Origin: Trichoplax adhaerens
Taxonomy: Eukaryota; Animalia; Placozoa
Direction of reading: 5' to 3'
DNA length: 64,000 nucleotides
Assembly (NCBI RefSeq): GCF_000150275.1
Contig: NW_002060960.1
Location: 431,702 to 495,701 of the forward strand
The first letter of the stretch is position 1; the number at the start of each line of letters is the position of its first letter. The notes beneath the pieces are model-generated. The model saw only the letters and a list, made by a program, of their open reading frames with translations. It did not search any database and was not told where the DNA came from. Shown here piece by piece: positions 27,589 to 41,600 of the stretch. Position numbers and translations under genes: made by a program.

Positions 27589-29573
27589 TGATTTGTCCTC
27601 CTGGGTACTACCTCCAGTCCGATCAAACTTGCCTGCCTTGTCAAGTTGGTACTTATCAACCTTATGCAAATCAATCCGACTGTTGGCTATGTCCGTATGG
27701 CTTAACTACATCGTCATCAGCATCGGTAGCTGTTGACCAGTGTCAAGGTAAGAATTCTAATAGCATCAATATCATGACATATTGAAACTGTTGATAATCC
27801 GTCTAGCCATAGCAAATTACAAGTTTAATAACCTTACAGATATAGAACTTACATTTGGATAATCTTTTGCATTTTTTAGTAGCGAACAGTTTAATTATCG
27901 TCTCCTACGTTTTATTTGCAACCTGTATCTTGATGGCTTTAATATTAGGACTAATACTTTTAATCGAGTGCTTAATACACAGACGGTAAGTTTTAAGATG
28001 ATAAATTTATATTTTCATCATAATTTTAAATCATATTGACAATAATTCATATAGTACTTTTAGCTGAGTGCTCAATACACCAACGGAGGTTTAAAAAAAG
28101 ATTTCTACGGATTTATATCATTTCTATAATCTTAAATAGTATTTTCATTTCGAAGATCCTCCGCAATCAAGATATAGAAAGCTGATCATTTTGCTTGATT
28201 ACCTCATAAAATTATTCAGATCTCACTTCATATCGATATCAGTGTATATCAGTAGCTAAAGTAAAATATAAAATCAATCTTTCTGTGTTACTTCATAGCT
28301 TGAATTCAATTCTCTAACGTTCAATTAATTCCATATATGGCTAATACAAAGCAACATGTAATAATAACAGCAGGGATAGTCGTCGATGCAAGAGTATTTC
28401 TTACTACACAATTAATACTAAATCTTTGGCTATCATTACTAAGTAATATCCTATTAACTTACCTTTAATCAATTGATAGCATAACCAACATAAACTTTAC
28501 CACTCCAGGAGTTTTATATAGCATAAACATTTATAATGACAGTTTCTCGATGATACTTGGTATCGTAGGAATTGCTGAATAAATACTATAAATACTGTAA
28601 TTACTCTTTAAAAACTATAGTCATATCCGAAATCTGTCCGAAAAACGTCAAGGCGAATGGAATGTTAAGTCATGTAATGATAAATCAATCTATCCAACTC
28701 AATTTAATCTTTATCGAAAGCAGTATAGTGAAGACGACGATGATTTGGAGTGGGATATTTTTCAAGTGCCGGGTAAGCCAAATTTTTCGAGGGTATATTT
28801 TTATCTTAATAAATTATTTTCCTTTACCTCTGTAACGGTTTATTTACCTTATCTTACTAGCATGGGAATATAGCGATATTGAGCAGGTATTAAGCCGTAA
28901 AATTAAGGAGAAAAATGAAGCAAAAAAAACATCGCAACAATTACCTGATACTAGAGACTTACATCAAACTAACAAAATGAAATTATCGCGTTGCCAGGAT
29001 GACAGTATTCGTGAATTTAATACTAGTAAAATAACTCAGCAAGAAAGACAGCATTCACCCGATAAAAGAAGAACGAGTAAAGTTCCCTTACCTGATACTG
29101 CGTTCGATTTGCCATTCGATAAAGAACTTACCGTTAATCAAGAAAATCAGCAATGTGATTCCAGTTCTTCTACGTTACATCAGCAAAATAACCAAGCAGG
29201 TCCTAAACAATCAAAAGAATTGATTGACCGAACTCAAACAGAGGGTAATATATTACAGTCTTCTTGGAATACGATTCCGCCTAAGTTCCCAATTGAGCAA
29301 CCGTTTGATAGTACTAGACGTAATAGTGACCATGTAAAACAAATAACTCCTCAGCACTCCCGAATTTTCCTTCCGACACCAATTACTAGAGGTGATTCCT
29401 GGTTCGCTTACGAATCAAAAAGAGCATTAGAAGGATTTTACAGGAAAAATGATAGGCCATTAAAGCACCCTGAAATACAAGAAGACATAGAAGAAAAACA
29501 AGAAAATGAAGAACAGTTTTATCTCGATGACTATCTACAACAGCATGATGACCATGAGGAGAGTAAAGACTAA
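27589..29573 (+). CDS. 3' part of a single-pass membrane protein with an ephrin-receptor-like (GCC2/GCC3) Cys-rich repeat and a disordered tail; 5' exons unresolved
   Basis: Exons 27589-27747 (CPPGYY..CLPCQVGTYQPYANQSDCWLCPYGLTTSSSASVAVDQC), 27879-27985 (TM: LIIVSYVLFATCILMALILGLILLI), 28621-28663, ~28721-28772 (YSEDDDDLEWDIFQVP), 28861-29573. Phases are consistent. Confidence 0.75.
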
Positions 29574-32220
29574 GAAATTCTAAACTATCATTTCTATAAT
29601 ATCTTATATCTTTTATCTGTTTCAACCGCAGACACGGCTCTGAAACAGTAATCAGTATACAGTGCTATATCACGTTTATAGCTCGTATTATTTCGTCGTT
29701 ACTCTAGAACTAAATTATTTGCAAATGAACCTGTTGCAAGTGAAAATGCATGCTCTTATAGATACGTCATAATTTCTGTATCAGCTTTATTGCTTTTTAA
29801 TCAAAGCTGGATCTTAATAGGCTCAGATGTTGGTATATTTAATGGCTATATCAGTTCCTCTGCTTATCATTTATCATCTAAGACGTAGAATTGTCTTAAT
29901 ATTGGATTTACCGTCCAATATAAAGCTAGGATGAGATACATGAACACACTTAAGAGTCAGCTATCTACGCTTACTGTTACGTTAAATACAGTATCTAACT
30001 GCAGTGTGCACCATTATTTACAATGCTTGCAATTACATTTTGCATATTTGTAAAGCACACAAATAATACTGAGCAAAATATTGATTAAAGCAATAAAGAA
30101 AGCAATCAATACTTCGATTAATTATTCTATTATGCAACTGTTGTTTATTGAATATTTTTGATAGTTGCAGATCATAATTAATAAGACATACAGGACACAA
30201 TGTAATGTGAGTAAAATTTGATAAATACGTATTTTATTTCATCGATAACGTTATTTACAAATCTCTAAAATTTCTTATTCTTGGAGATTAAAAGAGACTA
30301 ACTTTAATACTATATCTCTTTGAAAGATCTGATTGATAGCGGCAGCAAAAATTTTATATTGGACGTCCTTTTGCATTAGCAAGCTAGCTCGTCAAAAAAA
30401 TTCGTATTCTTCAGCTTGGTAATACGTAATTTGGAGGGTAGTCAAAAATGAAATTGAATATGCCCCAACTAAATGTGAACAGTTATGAAAAAGTTGCCAA
30501 GTTCATTTTTATACTTCAAGTACATCAATCATAAGTACAGAACACGCCATAAACATACAAACTTAAAATTCACTTTCAAAAGAGCCGAAACCTTCATAGA
30601 AACTATTTCTAGAAGTACTCAAACTTTCTTCAGTGAGAAAGCCCACAGGTATCACAGCACTCTTTACTGTTATTATGCAATTACATCCAGATGTTCTACA
30701 TGTAAAGTGAAAGTCATCTGGAGCTATACCTCATCGCAAAATATATATAGAATTATCAACAGAAAAATATTAAAATACAGTGCCGATTAATTAAAATAAG
30801 TGTTTCATAACCTACTTTAAATACGATTGAACACAGCGTATGCTTTCAAAGAAGATGTACCCTATTCGTTATTAGCAGTAAACCAGGAAATAGACCTTTC
30901 TACTAATTCTTTGATCAGGTGAAGCGACAGAAAAGAATTAATAACTCTAACCAATAAACCCTCTTCGTTTAAATTTTGAAAATCTGCATACGAGTATAAT
31001 TTTGCTATTCGTCATTACAATGAATTCTTAAGGTTAGGACTTAGATAACTCTCCTAGCACAACATATCCTTATCTTATATGTTCATTATAAACTCAGCTA
31101 TCTATTAACTTGATATAATAACTGTGTTCAAGAAAATTTATAACAAATTCAGGCATGCAGTATACAGTACTTCAGTGATCAAGGAAGTTAACTCAATTAG
31201 TGAAATTATCTATTACATTATCGAGATCGTAAATTTTGATGAATTTGAGGAACACCTTCGAACTCTTTAAGTATAACGATACAATGTAAGGCTATCAAAA
31301 ATGATGAAGCGCATAGATAGATTATAGAATCCATACATTTCAAAATCAAACCATATTAGATTTACTAGACCAAAAATTGTTATATTAATGTAGTTACTAC
31401 ACTAATTACTTCGGCAATTGCGATATGTAAAAAATATAGCCACTTAGAGAGTAACATAATTTTTAATTAGTAATATTTTAGTTAATATTTATAGGGTAAT
31501 ATATCACTTTGGTAAAAACTGTGCTAATTGACTAAATCTCTCTACGGTAATCATAATGGTGGAGTTTATATATTGCACTCTAATAAAGTAGTTATAAGTG
31601 GCAGAATTATTAACCTCCACATAATTCAAGCGGTGGATTTATACCAAACTATCTAATAGTAGCTAATTTTGGCTGTAATATTAGTAGACATAGATATCTA
31701 ATGTTTTATTTTAGATTGTCAGATTACATCATGTTTTTATGAAATGGTTTATTAACAGCACAAGATCTATCATAAACTAATTATTTAATTATAATCAATA
31801 CGACTAGCAAGGTAGATATGAGTAATGTACTACAACTACCTGGTACGATAACATGTAAAAATATTAGTACGGTGCAATGGAATAGGCTATTTACCGCAGT
31901 ACAATCGCAATTTGTTTTTCTTACTGTAAGCATTTAGGCTCGATTACTTTATGAGAGAATTAAAATTATTTAATTTACCAATCTATTTCTATGATAGTTT
32001 GTATAATAACATTACAATATGCATTTAGATTGCAATTATAAACCCATGTGTGCCGCCATTACCTAACTTAGTGTATGTGGACTGTAAAGAAACTCTCAGG
32101 ATAAATTTTACAACGAAAATCAATCCCTGAAATTTGCAGCTTTTGCATTACAATTAAAGTCTTTACGAAATAATAGCTAACATAACGAATATAATTCGAT
32201 GTAGCGCTATCTTTATAAAA

Positions 32221-32312
32221 GCTGTATTGGACAAGTCTGATTAATATGAATTCTAAAAGGTTATATAAGAGCTATATTGGACTTGTCCAATTAGTATGAA
32301 TTCTAAAAGCTT
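32221..32312. repeat. 50-bp tandem duplication
   Basis: gct(g/a)tattggac..gtc..atta.tatgaattctaaaag at 32221 and 32271. Confidence 0.7.
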
Positions 32313-33043
32313 GCTTGATTCAGTTCCCCATTCGTATACAAGTTTTCATACTATAAAATACATAGGTAAGCTATAGCTTAATAATATTTAAAATTTTTGC
32401 ACAGTTATTGTTAAGCAAATTATCAAAATTAGGTAAACTTGTTACTTACCGACATGAAACAATTTCATTTTATTATGCATCGCTATTTTTATACTATATT
32501 GCATAAATAATATCATAACTTACCTTAGTAATTCTATGATCACTGCTAGAAGAAGCTTTATCTTCTTTTTTAGCAGCTTTTAATAGAAAATAAAGCACTT
32601 ATGATTATACTGGGCACTGTGCAGTGTGCATATAGAGATAAGATTAAATTCTTAATACTGTTTGTCTATATAGTATTGCTATCAGTTAATCTATAAGGAT
32701 CCTTAGTAAATGACAATCGTTCGAATTTAAAGTTATCGAAACTACTGGTTAGTGTCTATGTATAATTATAATGCTCGTAGCTTATGCAGACATGACATGT
32801 AACTTTAAAATATATTTTGAAAATAACTTAGCAAGTTAGCTTAGTATAAATTGTAAATGCTTATTTTGATAAAACTGTTAGTATACAGCAGATACATAAG
32901 GTAAAATATAAAGTAATTAAAATGCTGCTACTCATTAACAAAAAATTTTGCTAAAACGTACTTACTTTCAAAATTTGGAGTTGTAGAATTCTCATTCTTA
33001 AGGTATGGTAATCTAGACTTGCACCAATTTATTTCTCCCTATT

Positions 33044-35643
33044 TTATCGCCATGACATAAAATGTATTAATTCATCTTCGATGTTCGATTTTTTAAAGTT
33101 ATTTACTGTTGATTTTTTTAAATTAAAATGTTTAACGCAATATTGACAAACAACCTAGTAAAATATTATAAAATAGATATTAAAATTAATTATTTATAAA
33201 AATGCTTCATATATTAGTGCAATTATATCCTTATTTATGAGATTTTCCGTAAGCTTCAGACAATACAAACTGCAGTGATTTACTAAGCTGATAAGAGGAT
33301 CACTTACCGTTTTAAGACCGTGATAAATTATATTTATACATCCATAGAATGCAAATACATAAAGTCCCTAGTGATATATAACGTTTATGAAGTATGTGAG
33401 TATTATTATTTAAGTCATAATCAATGTACATTTTCTATTTTCAGCAATTTCATCAAAAAATTACATTTATATTAATTATGCCTAGATGAAATAAAATATT
33501 TCCATATTTTCGTACTGTAGTAAAAATCGATCTTTAATTTATTTAAAAGCAAAACTGCTCTTGCAGCGGAAGATGCGGGTAGCTACTTTTTTTACAAGCT
33601 ATTGATAATATAGAATTTTCATACCTTTATAACGCACACTGCTGCAAAAATATGCTGCAATATTGTATTGTTGAAGGCAATAAATAGCACAAATAGTGTC
33701 CAGCAAATAGCAAGCATTAGCAGAAGAACGGTTGCTTCAGGCAAATATAGTCTATAATTTTGAAATTAGTTTTAATTATAGTCTTTCGGCAAAGTAGGGT
33801 ATTAATAATATGCTAAGTTTCAACTTCATAACATATACTTCTTAATGATATGATATTCATCCTCATGGAAAAAGTTGTTCATAATGCTCAGTTTCCTTGA
33901 ATTCTTATACCCAAACGAAATTGTGATCGCAGCACCCTGTATATTTCATATTTCGCAGAATAAGTCTCTAGGTTAGATTTACAAAATACACTAAATTGCG
34001 TCTAGAAGAAATCATGGCAGATTCGTTTTGATGTAATAATTATAATTACATCAATTTCTACATTGCAGCATATATGGAATTTCATTTCAACTGTACTAAA
34101 CAGTGAAATAATCAATTGATTGACATGGTAGTGATTACAATCACTAGTGCTTAAGTACTAATGGTATGAACAGATTCACTATTCTAATCTACATCTGCAA
34201 TACAGTAATTTAAAACATTAAGCTCATATGTATAGAATCCTAATTTGTCAACATATCATGAACAGATACGAAATGTGTGATAATGCGTCGCATAGAATAC
34301 GATACTGTATAATAATATAAGATATTACACATATATTTATGAAGAAATTATATTAAGATCTTACATTATAACATAATTAATCCTTACCAGTATCATGAGC
34401 ATTATAGAAATAACGAATATCAAAATTATTGGTGGATTAGTTCTCAGCCAGCACCTATAAATTGTTGATCGTCATAGATATTGTCAAACAAAATACAGTT
34501 AATTAATATGAATCTTAGTCAACCATTAAGAATTTAAGCCCTTAACATTACGTAAGAGTAACTACAAGCAGAGCTAATGAAACTAATACATACGTCAATG
34601 TCATTATTTGCACCGATGTGCAATTTAACTTACGAATTATCTTGTATGTAATTATCAATTCCTGCTATATTGATTGTAACAGCAGCGGTTACAACCGCAA
34701 TAGCGATCGCTAAAACTAAAATATAACCAAAACGAATATTTATAGTTCATTATACATATGCACTGGCCATAATAAAAAATTAATAATAAATTATTTTTGA
34801 GATTTTTTCTTCTCTTAACGTTAATATAGTAATCAGTTTACATAAAAAAATTAGCATGGTATATTTGTATATAGATACTACTTACCAAAGGTACATAATA
34901 TGAAATATTTGCAGGCTTTATTTGTATTTGACGCTCTACTTGCAGATTTAAACAAGTAGAAAGTTTGACACAGCATCCAAGCAAAAGATGCCAAAAGTAC
35001 ATAGTGTAATACGGTGGCTAATATTACACATTGTAACTGAAATATATTGTAAAATAGAGTATAAGATTGGTAATATAAGAGATTTAATCCACTAATTATG
35101 AAATACATACGTATTGAATAGAATAGCAGTTAAGAGATTTTATTCCTAGTTACGTGATATCAAACCTTCGATTCAGTTCGCGTTAATCCGAAGATGATAA
35201 TAAGATTAGCAATGAGCAAACAAATGAATATATTGAGGTTGATACTGCTAAATATTTGATGTGTTTGCCTAATTGAATAAAAGAAATGAACATTTATTTT
35301 GAAAAATTAGCTTCTAGCTGAAGTATTCGCTCTAACCATAAGTTTTTTTCTCTGGATAATTTAATTAAAATATAGTAATTACAGCATTAGAAGAACGATA
35401 CTTAACATCGCTTAAAATTCTTTGTATAACTCAAATACAATATTTCATATAACTATGACTAGTTATAACATAAAAGTGGTGAAAATGGCAGTCGTATGAT
35501 AATTTTAGCCATTGTAAAATATTCGATTTAGTAATACTCACATACCTCCAATAAATAACATGAATTGCGATGGTCAATACTAGAAAGAAGCTAGATAAGC
35601 CACAGCCAATGTAAGTTGTAGTTTCCAATTTAATTTTAGTAAT
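33044..35643 (-). other. Adhesion GPCR 7TM (secretin-like) exons and short C-tail
   Basis: Approximate exons: 35643-35545 (TYIGCGLSSFFLVLTIAIH), 35268-35166 (INLNIFICLLIANLIIIFG), 35036-34886 (CVILATVLHYVLLASFAWML), 34715-34634, 34454-34388 (CWL), 33936-33839, 33752-33625, 33367-33309, 33154-33044. Confidence 0.88.
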
Positions 35644-38600
35644 CTACATTTAAATTACAAACAATACCGTATTTAATTGATTAGATTGGCATTTACAGTA
35701 GTTTACTATCAATTGCATAGTAATTCAGTTCGAGATTATTTTACCTTAGTTTAATAGTGAAATTTTAAGCAATTGTTTTGCATCTTATATGAATCAATTT
35801 CAATTCATAAGTAATTTAGTAGTTGAATATAAGGATATCTGATTATAAAAGTACCACTAAATATCATGTCGAACTTTATTTACGTAATGAAACATAAATT
35901 CTACAATATAATTTTGTTGTTAATCATAGTAGTTCATTAGGTAAACTGCTATACAGCTATCAAAAGCTTTTCAAGACATAAACTTATATGTAATAAAAAT
36001 ATGAAGACATTTATGTTAATATAAGGACTCACAGGGACATTAGACAGGATAGTCGCAAAAGTAGTCGTATGATTGCAATAGCAGACGGTATGAGTTAAAT
36101 TGGATTCTAAACCCATCCAGCACCCTGTTGTTTCCCACGTGCAGTAACTGTAATGTTAATTAAATTTTGATAATTAGAAATATTTGCATCAATAACTACC
36201 TATTATTGGCTAGTTAATCATGATTAGTTCGTTTCTATGCCTCAAAGTAACGCTATGACTATTGTTAACAATAATAATAATGTAAGTTGATTAATACGTA
36301 TTATCGTTCCATTGAAATCCTTTCTTAAAAGAGGCAAATTGCAATTAATAATCAAGCATACATAGCGAAAAATTTTTACTTATTTTGAGATTTAAAATTA
36401 ATTTGTATCGCAACTATGCCGCTTTAGCACCTTAATTTACTTATTAATTTGAAAATCGTGAACCTATCTGTAGTTAGAATGAATCAATAATACTGGGCGC
36501 AAAAATATTAATCGTTGAAAACTTACCGGGATTGAGGTTGCCAATATGAACAATGTCGCTGACTGGATTGGCTACTTAAAAATGTCGACTGGAATCAAAA
36601 ATTAAATAGCGGTTACTTCAAATGAAGTAATGTATAATTTGGGCTTTATCATTATACAGAGAACAAAATTACGGTTTCTATTTCAGTAAGACTTTAATAC
36701 ATACTACAATGATTTAAATTTCGGTATTGGCAAATTATTGCAGCACATCCAAGTTAACAATAGTATAATCAGTAAACCTACATTTTTGTTAATAAAGGTA
36801 ATCTTCAACGGCTGATATAAATTTTTATTTATCTTTGGATACATTGAGGTAGAGATAATATGGGAATTAACGGAGTGTGTGCCAGTACTGGTTCCATTTA
36901 TCAACGATATGTCGTTAAAAACGATAAAATTAGATATACTGGTAGCATAAGCATGTAGAACTGTAGTCTGATAGCACTTGAATCGAAATAATATTCGTAT
37001 AAACGTCATGTCAACGTTGACCGCTCATTAAAATACCGGTAATGCTTCAGATTTTGACAATTTATTAATATATTACCGATTAACTTCCATGGTTGATGGG
37101 ATAACTGCATCAAGAGTTTTATATATTACCACCACCAGTTTTTGAACTATAAAATTGGTACATAAGTAGTAATAAGACTCGGATATTACTAAAACAATTT
37201 ACGATTCCTACTTGTATTAAATATTACATCTACGTACACTGATCATGTTGAACGGCTAGGCCTGGAATATTCATTTCAATGTTAGTTGCTAAATGGGCAT
37301 CGTCAACATAGGTAAGATTGCCTACGCTTTCAGCAGAAAAACTCAAATTCCTGACAATAATCGCTGAAGAGTAAATAATTTGGCTTAGATATTGTCAAAT
37401 TTACTCTTTAATCAACTATTTCATAGATTGTAACTTCTTTATAAAATAAAACATTTAATGTCGGTAATATATGAAAGAGTATATTACCTATATTATCGTT
37501 TGTAGTAGTAAATGTTTCATTGTCTGGAATGCTATTTAGTTTGCTTGCAAAATCTTCTAAAGTGTCCATGATTGGAATTTTATTGTTACTTGCATCTCGA
37601 CAAAACTGTAAACAATGAATACATTGTTTTAATGCTATTTGCTTGCTATATCTGTATAAAGCACGAATACTGTATAGCAATACATAAATAGAAGCTAATG
37701 CTTTAAAACAAAAATTTTCTACAAGTATTTAAACCATAATTTATTTATAGTCATGCCTACTTTATTTTCATATTTCCATGCTAATTTGTTTCGTAAGTTT
37801 AGAAGATTACTTTGTACCTTCATGAATTTCTATATAGTATAAGATATGAATTATGAATATAACGCTAAGAGCACCAATTTAAAGAAACAAATAATCTTAG
37901 TAATTGTAATTATGACCTATAAGGATTTAGCTAAATTATGATAACCGTAAAGCATCGTACTTATGAACTTACAGTAAGTGTAGTGGTGTTCACTGTTTTC
38001 GAAACCTGATTAATTTTAGTCATTATTTCTAGTGTTTGGACAATATCACCTCCATACAACGTTTTGTTTGCCGTAGCAGTATCCAACTCATTTATGACCT
38101 CATCTGAAACGCTTGGTCCACTTATGTTCAATCTGTTAGCCTAGAGAACAATTACAAAATTATAGTATGTTTACAGCTTTTAAAAGAATTTTAGACTAAT
38201 ACTTTACAGTATTATTGTAATTACTATAGTTTCTACTCTACTAAATGTATACTTGCAAATATAAAGCCGTAACTTAGCCGATAGTCTATGTGTTTAAAAT
38301 TGTAGCTTTTTCATTGGTTATTACCAAACTAGTCATGGCAGCAAAAGTTGGTGATTTACATCCTGTAGTGTCGATTGATTCCCAAATTGGCAAGCTACCG
38401 CTTCTAATACTGCATAAACGTGAAGCATTACCTATCCCACAAAGATATGACGGTCAATTTCTTATCAAAGTAAATAATATACTTTTCTATTAACTTATGA
38501 CCATATAGGTATCTATCTTTAATATCTAAGTTTAATTCGACAGTAGAGTTAGATGTGAGATAGGCTTAAGATATTAATGGCCCAGATAGTTGTCTATTTA

Positions 38601-41600
38601 GATTACCCTGAATTGAAGAAGGACAAGAAACTAATGCCGTTTTTCCACGATATGTTTTTGGCCATCGCATATCATTTGTTACTTCACCCAAACAAAAATC
38701 TGTCGTATTTTTATCTTTAAAAATATTTATTAGTCAAGCCTTCTATAGTATGCAAGCACGTATAATTAATTATTATCTGTGTATCATTAGCGTAATATCA
38801 TATCAAAAATCTAACCTTTAACAGATATAACTGCCATAGCTGATGATATGGACCCTATAACGTTCGTAAACTGACACCAATGTGATCCATTATCTCCAGT
38901 GTTAACATCTATGATAATTAATTTCCCATAGCCAGGACTAATTAACATGTTATATGCCGAACTAGTAAGTTCGCCATCTTTCATCCATTTAACACTCGGA
39001 ATAGGATCACCTGTTGCTGTACATTCTAGAGTTAAAGTAGCTCCAGCTTTAATAGAAATACTCTGAGGTGATTGGGTGACATTAGGTGCAACTACAATAT
39101 CAAAAGATCATCATATTAATACAGATCATTTTATCATTGCAGTAATTAGTGACATATGAGATAGTTAGCGAATAGCTGCAACGTAAACTTATTACCAGCA
39201 TTATGTGTTTCATATATAATCGATCTACTATAAGGTCCAAAACCAACTGAAGTCGATGCTGCCAATTGTATGGAGTAATTTTGTTGAGGTTGTAAATATT
39301 GCAATGTATGCTGAGTAATATTACCAACAATTATAATATTGTCAACAATCGGTTGTTTTAATAGGTTATATTTAATTCGATATCCGGTAATGATGCCGTT
39401 ATGATCATTTATAGGAGGTACATTCCATACAACCATAGCTGAGGTAGCACCCTGAGCGGTAGGTAATATTCTTATATCTACTGGTGTGGCGCTAGGTACT
39501 GTAGAATTATGTCAAGGAATTATTTACGCGGAATACGGTAGTATATTTATGATCTAATAAAATGACTTCAGCTCGATTTTGTAGAAAATAAAGCATTCTA
39601 GTAACATTGTGAGTTATTTATATTACTTAAATTACGAATAACACCAAGGTAATTTAAAAGACAATACAATATGGATTAAAACATACCTGATTCTAAAGTA
39701 TTGATGATATATTCGTTACTTCGTGGACTTACACCAGCTATTGTAAAAGCTTGTATGGATATCTTATATTTTGAAAAATACTTCATGTTGAAAACGGTAT
39801 AATTTCTAGAGTTACCAAGCAAGAACGTCTGATTTTCGTAGACTGTTAGATTGCTAACAAATTTATTGTTAGCATTATCAAGAATAAAGTGATAACCGAG
39901 TATAACTCCATTGCTAAATCTTTCAGAGATGACCTTAATTGCAAGTAATGAAATAGCATTACAAATAGCTCGAGAAACATCGTACTGTACAAAATAGGAT
40001 TTACTTAAATCATCTTATACAATGCTGACGTACTTGCCATCCGATATTAACACTGTTATTACTAACAAGTGAAATCAATTGCACCATAGGGCTTTCACTA
40101 GGTGCTATATTTAGTGATAATTTATAAAATGATTATACTTAGTACTTAGAAATAGATCACAAGTATAAGCATGGCATATCATATAATACAAGGATAGGTT
40201 ATAATGACATCGTTATCATCACCTGCTTGGCGTGTTATCACAGATATGACTGGACTTTCTGGCCCTAATCCGATAATTGTTGCCGCTTTCATGGTAATAT
40301 TGTATACAGTAAACGGTGATAAATTCATTAGTAATTTTGATGTTGTTGTAGCATTGACTGTAATGTTGCCGTAATCGTTCCACCGGGAAGAATTATAGCT
40401 AATCTTATAAGCGATAATAATGCCATTACGATCACTTAGTAAAACTGGCTGCCAGGAAAGGGTAATAGATGAGGCAGATATAACTAAACTTTTCACATTC
40501 TGAGGGTAGGATTGAGGTGCTAGAACATGACAGGAATCATTTACTTTAGCTAATTAGAAATGATTAATGATTTTATTAAGACTATCATATTTCATGCTAA
40601 AATCAGTTTTAGTTTAAACCTGCTTGATAAGTCGTTGATGATAGTGTAGGACTTTCAGGGCCAAAGCCGATCGCTGTTGCTGCTTTTATACCGATATTAT
40701 ATGACGTAAATGGACTTAAATGAGTTAATTTTACCGTAGTCGTGGAACTATTAACCATGAAATCTTTATTTGTATTCCACTGTGTCGAATTGTAATATAC
40801 CATATATGATACGATTACGCCGTTGCGATTGAAAAGCGCTAGTGGTTGCCATGAAAGTTCAATGGCAGTCGCAGAAATTACTCGTGAAATTATATTTTGT
40901 GGATAGGATCTGGGTACTATAATTCAATTAGAGTACAGTAGTATATTCCCAAAATTAGAATCAATAGAAAGCATCCGTTAGAAAATCAGACATTTAACAA
41001 AATAATTAATTATTATAGAAGACAGAACATTTTCTGATTATAATACGTAAAATTTTATTATATTTACGAGAATGGATCAAACCTGATTGATGTGTTGTAG
41101 ATGAAGTAGACGGACTTGCTGTCCCAAAGCCAGCTATCGTTGCTGCTTTGATGCTGATTATGTATTTAGTATAAGGAATTAAGCCATTCAATATCGCCGT
41201 AGTAAGTGACGAATTGATGTGAACTACACCACTATCACTCCACTGCGTAGAATTATAGTAAAGCTGATACATGATTATAACTCCGTTTCGGTCAAATAAG
41301 GGTAATGGCTGCCATGAAATGTTTATTTCTGCAGCTGATATTGCTGATGAATTCAAACTTGGTGGATATGATCTAGGCACTGTTTGATATCATTATCGAA
41401 AAGTAAATTTATAAGTTATCTATGAAACTAAATTTTATGATATCTATACTTTAAATATATAAAACCGCATAAGCTATGAGTGTATTTAGAAAAATTATAA
41501 TTTTAATACCCTAAAATTTTTGAATCAATTCTGTAAATAATTATATATATGCATAATTAATCAAACCTGCTTGATGTGTTGTCGATACCAAAGGAGGACT

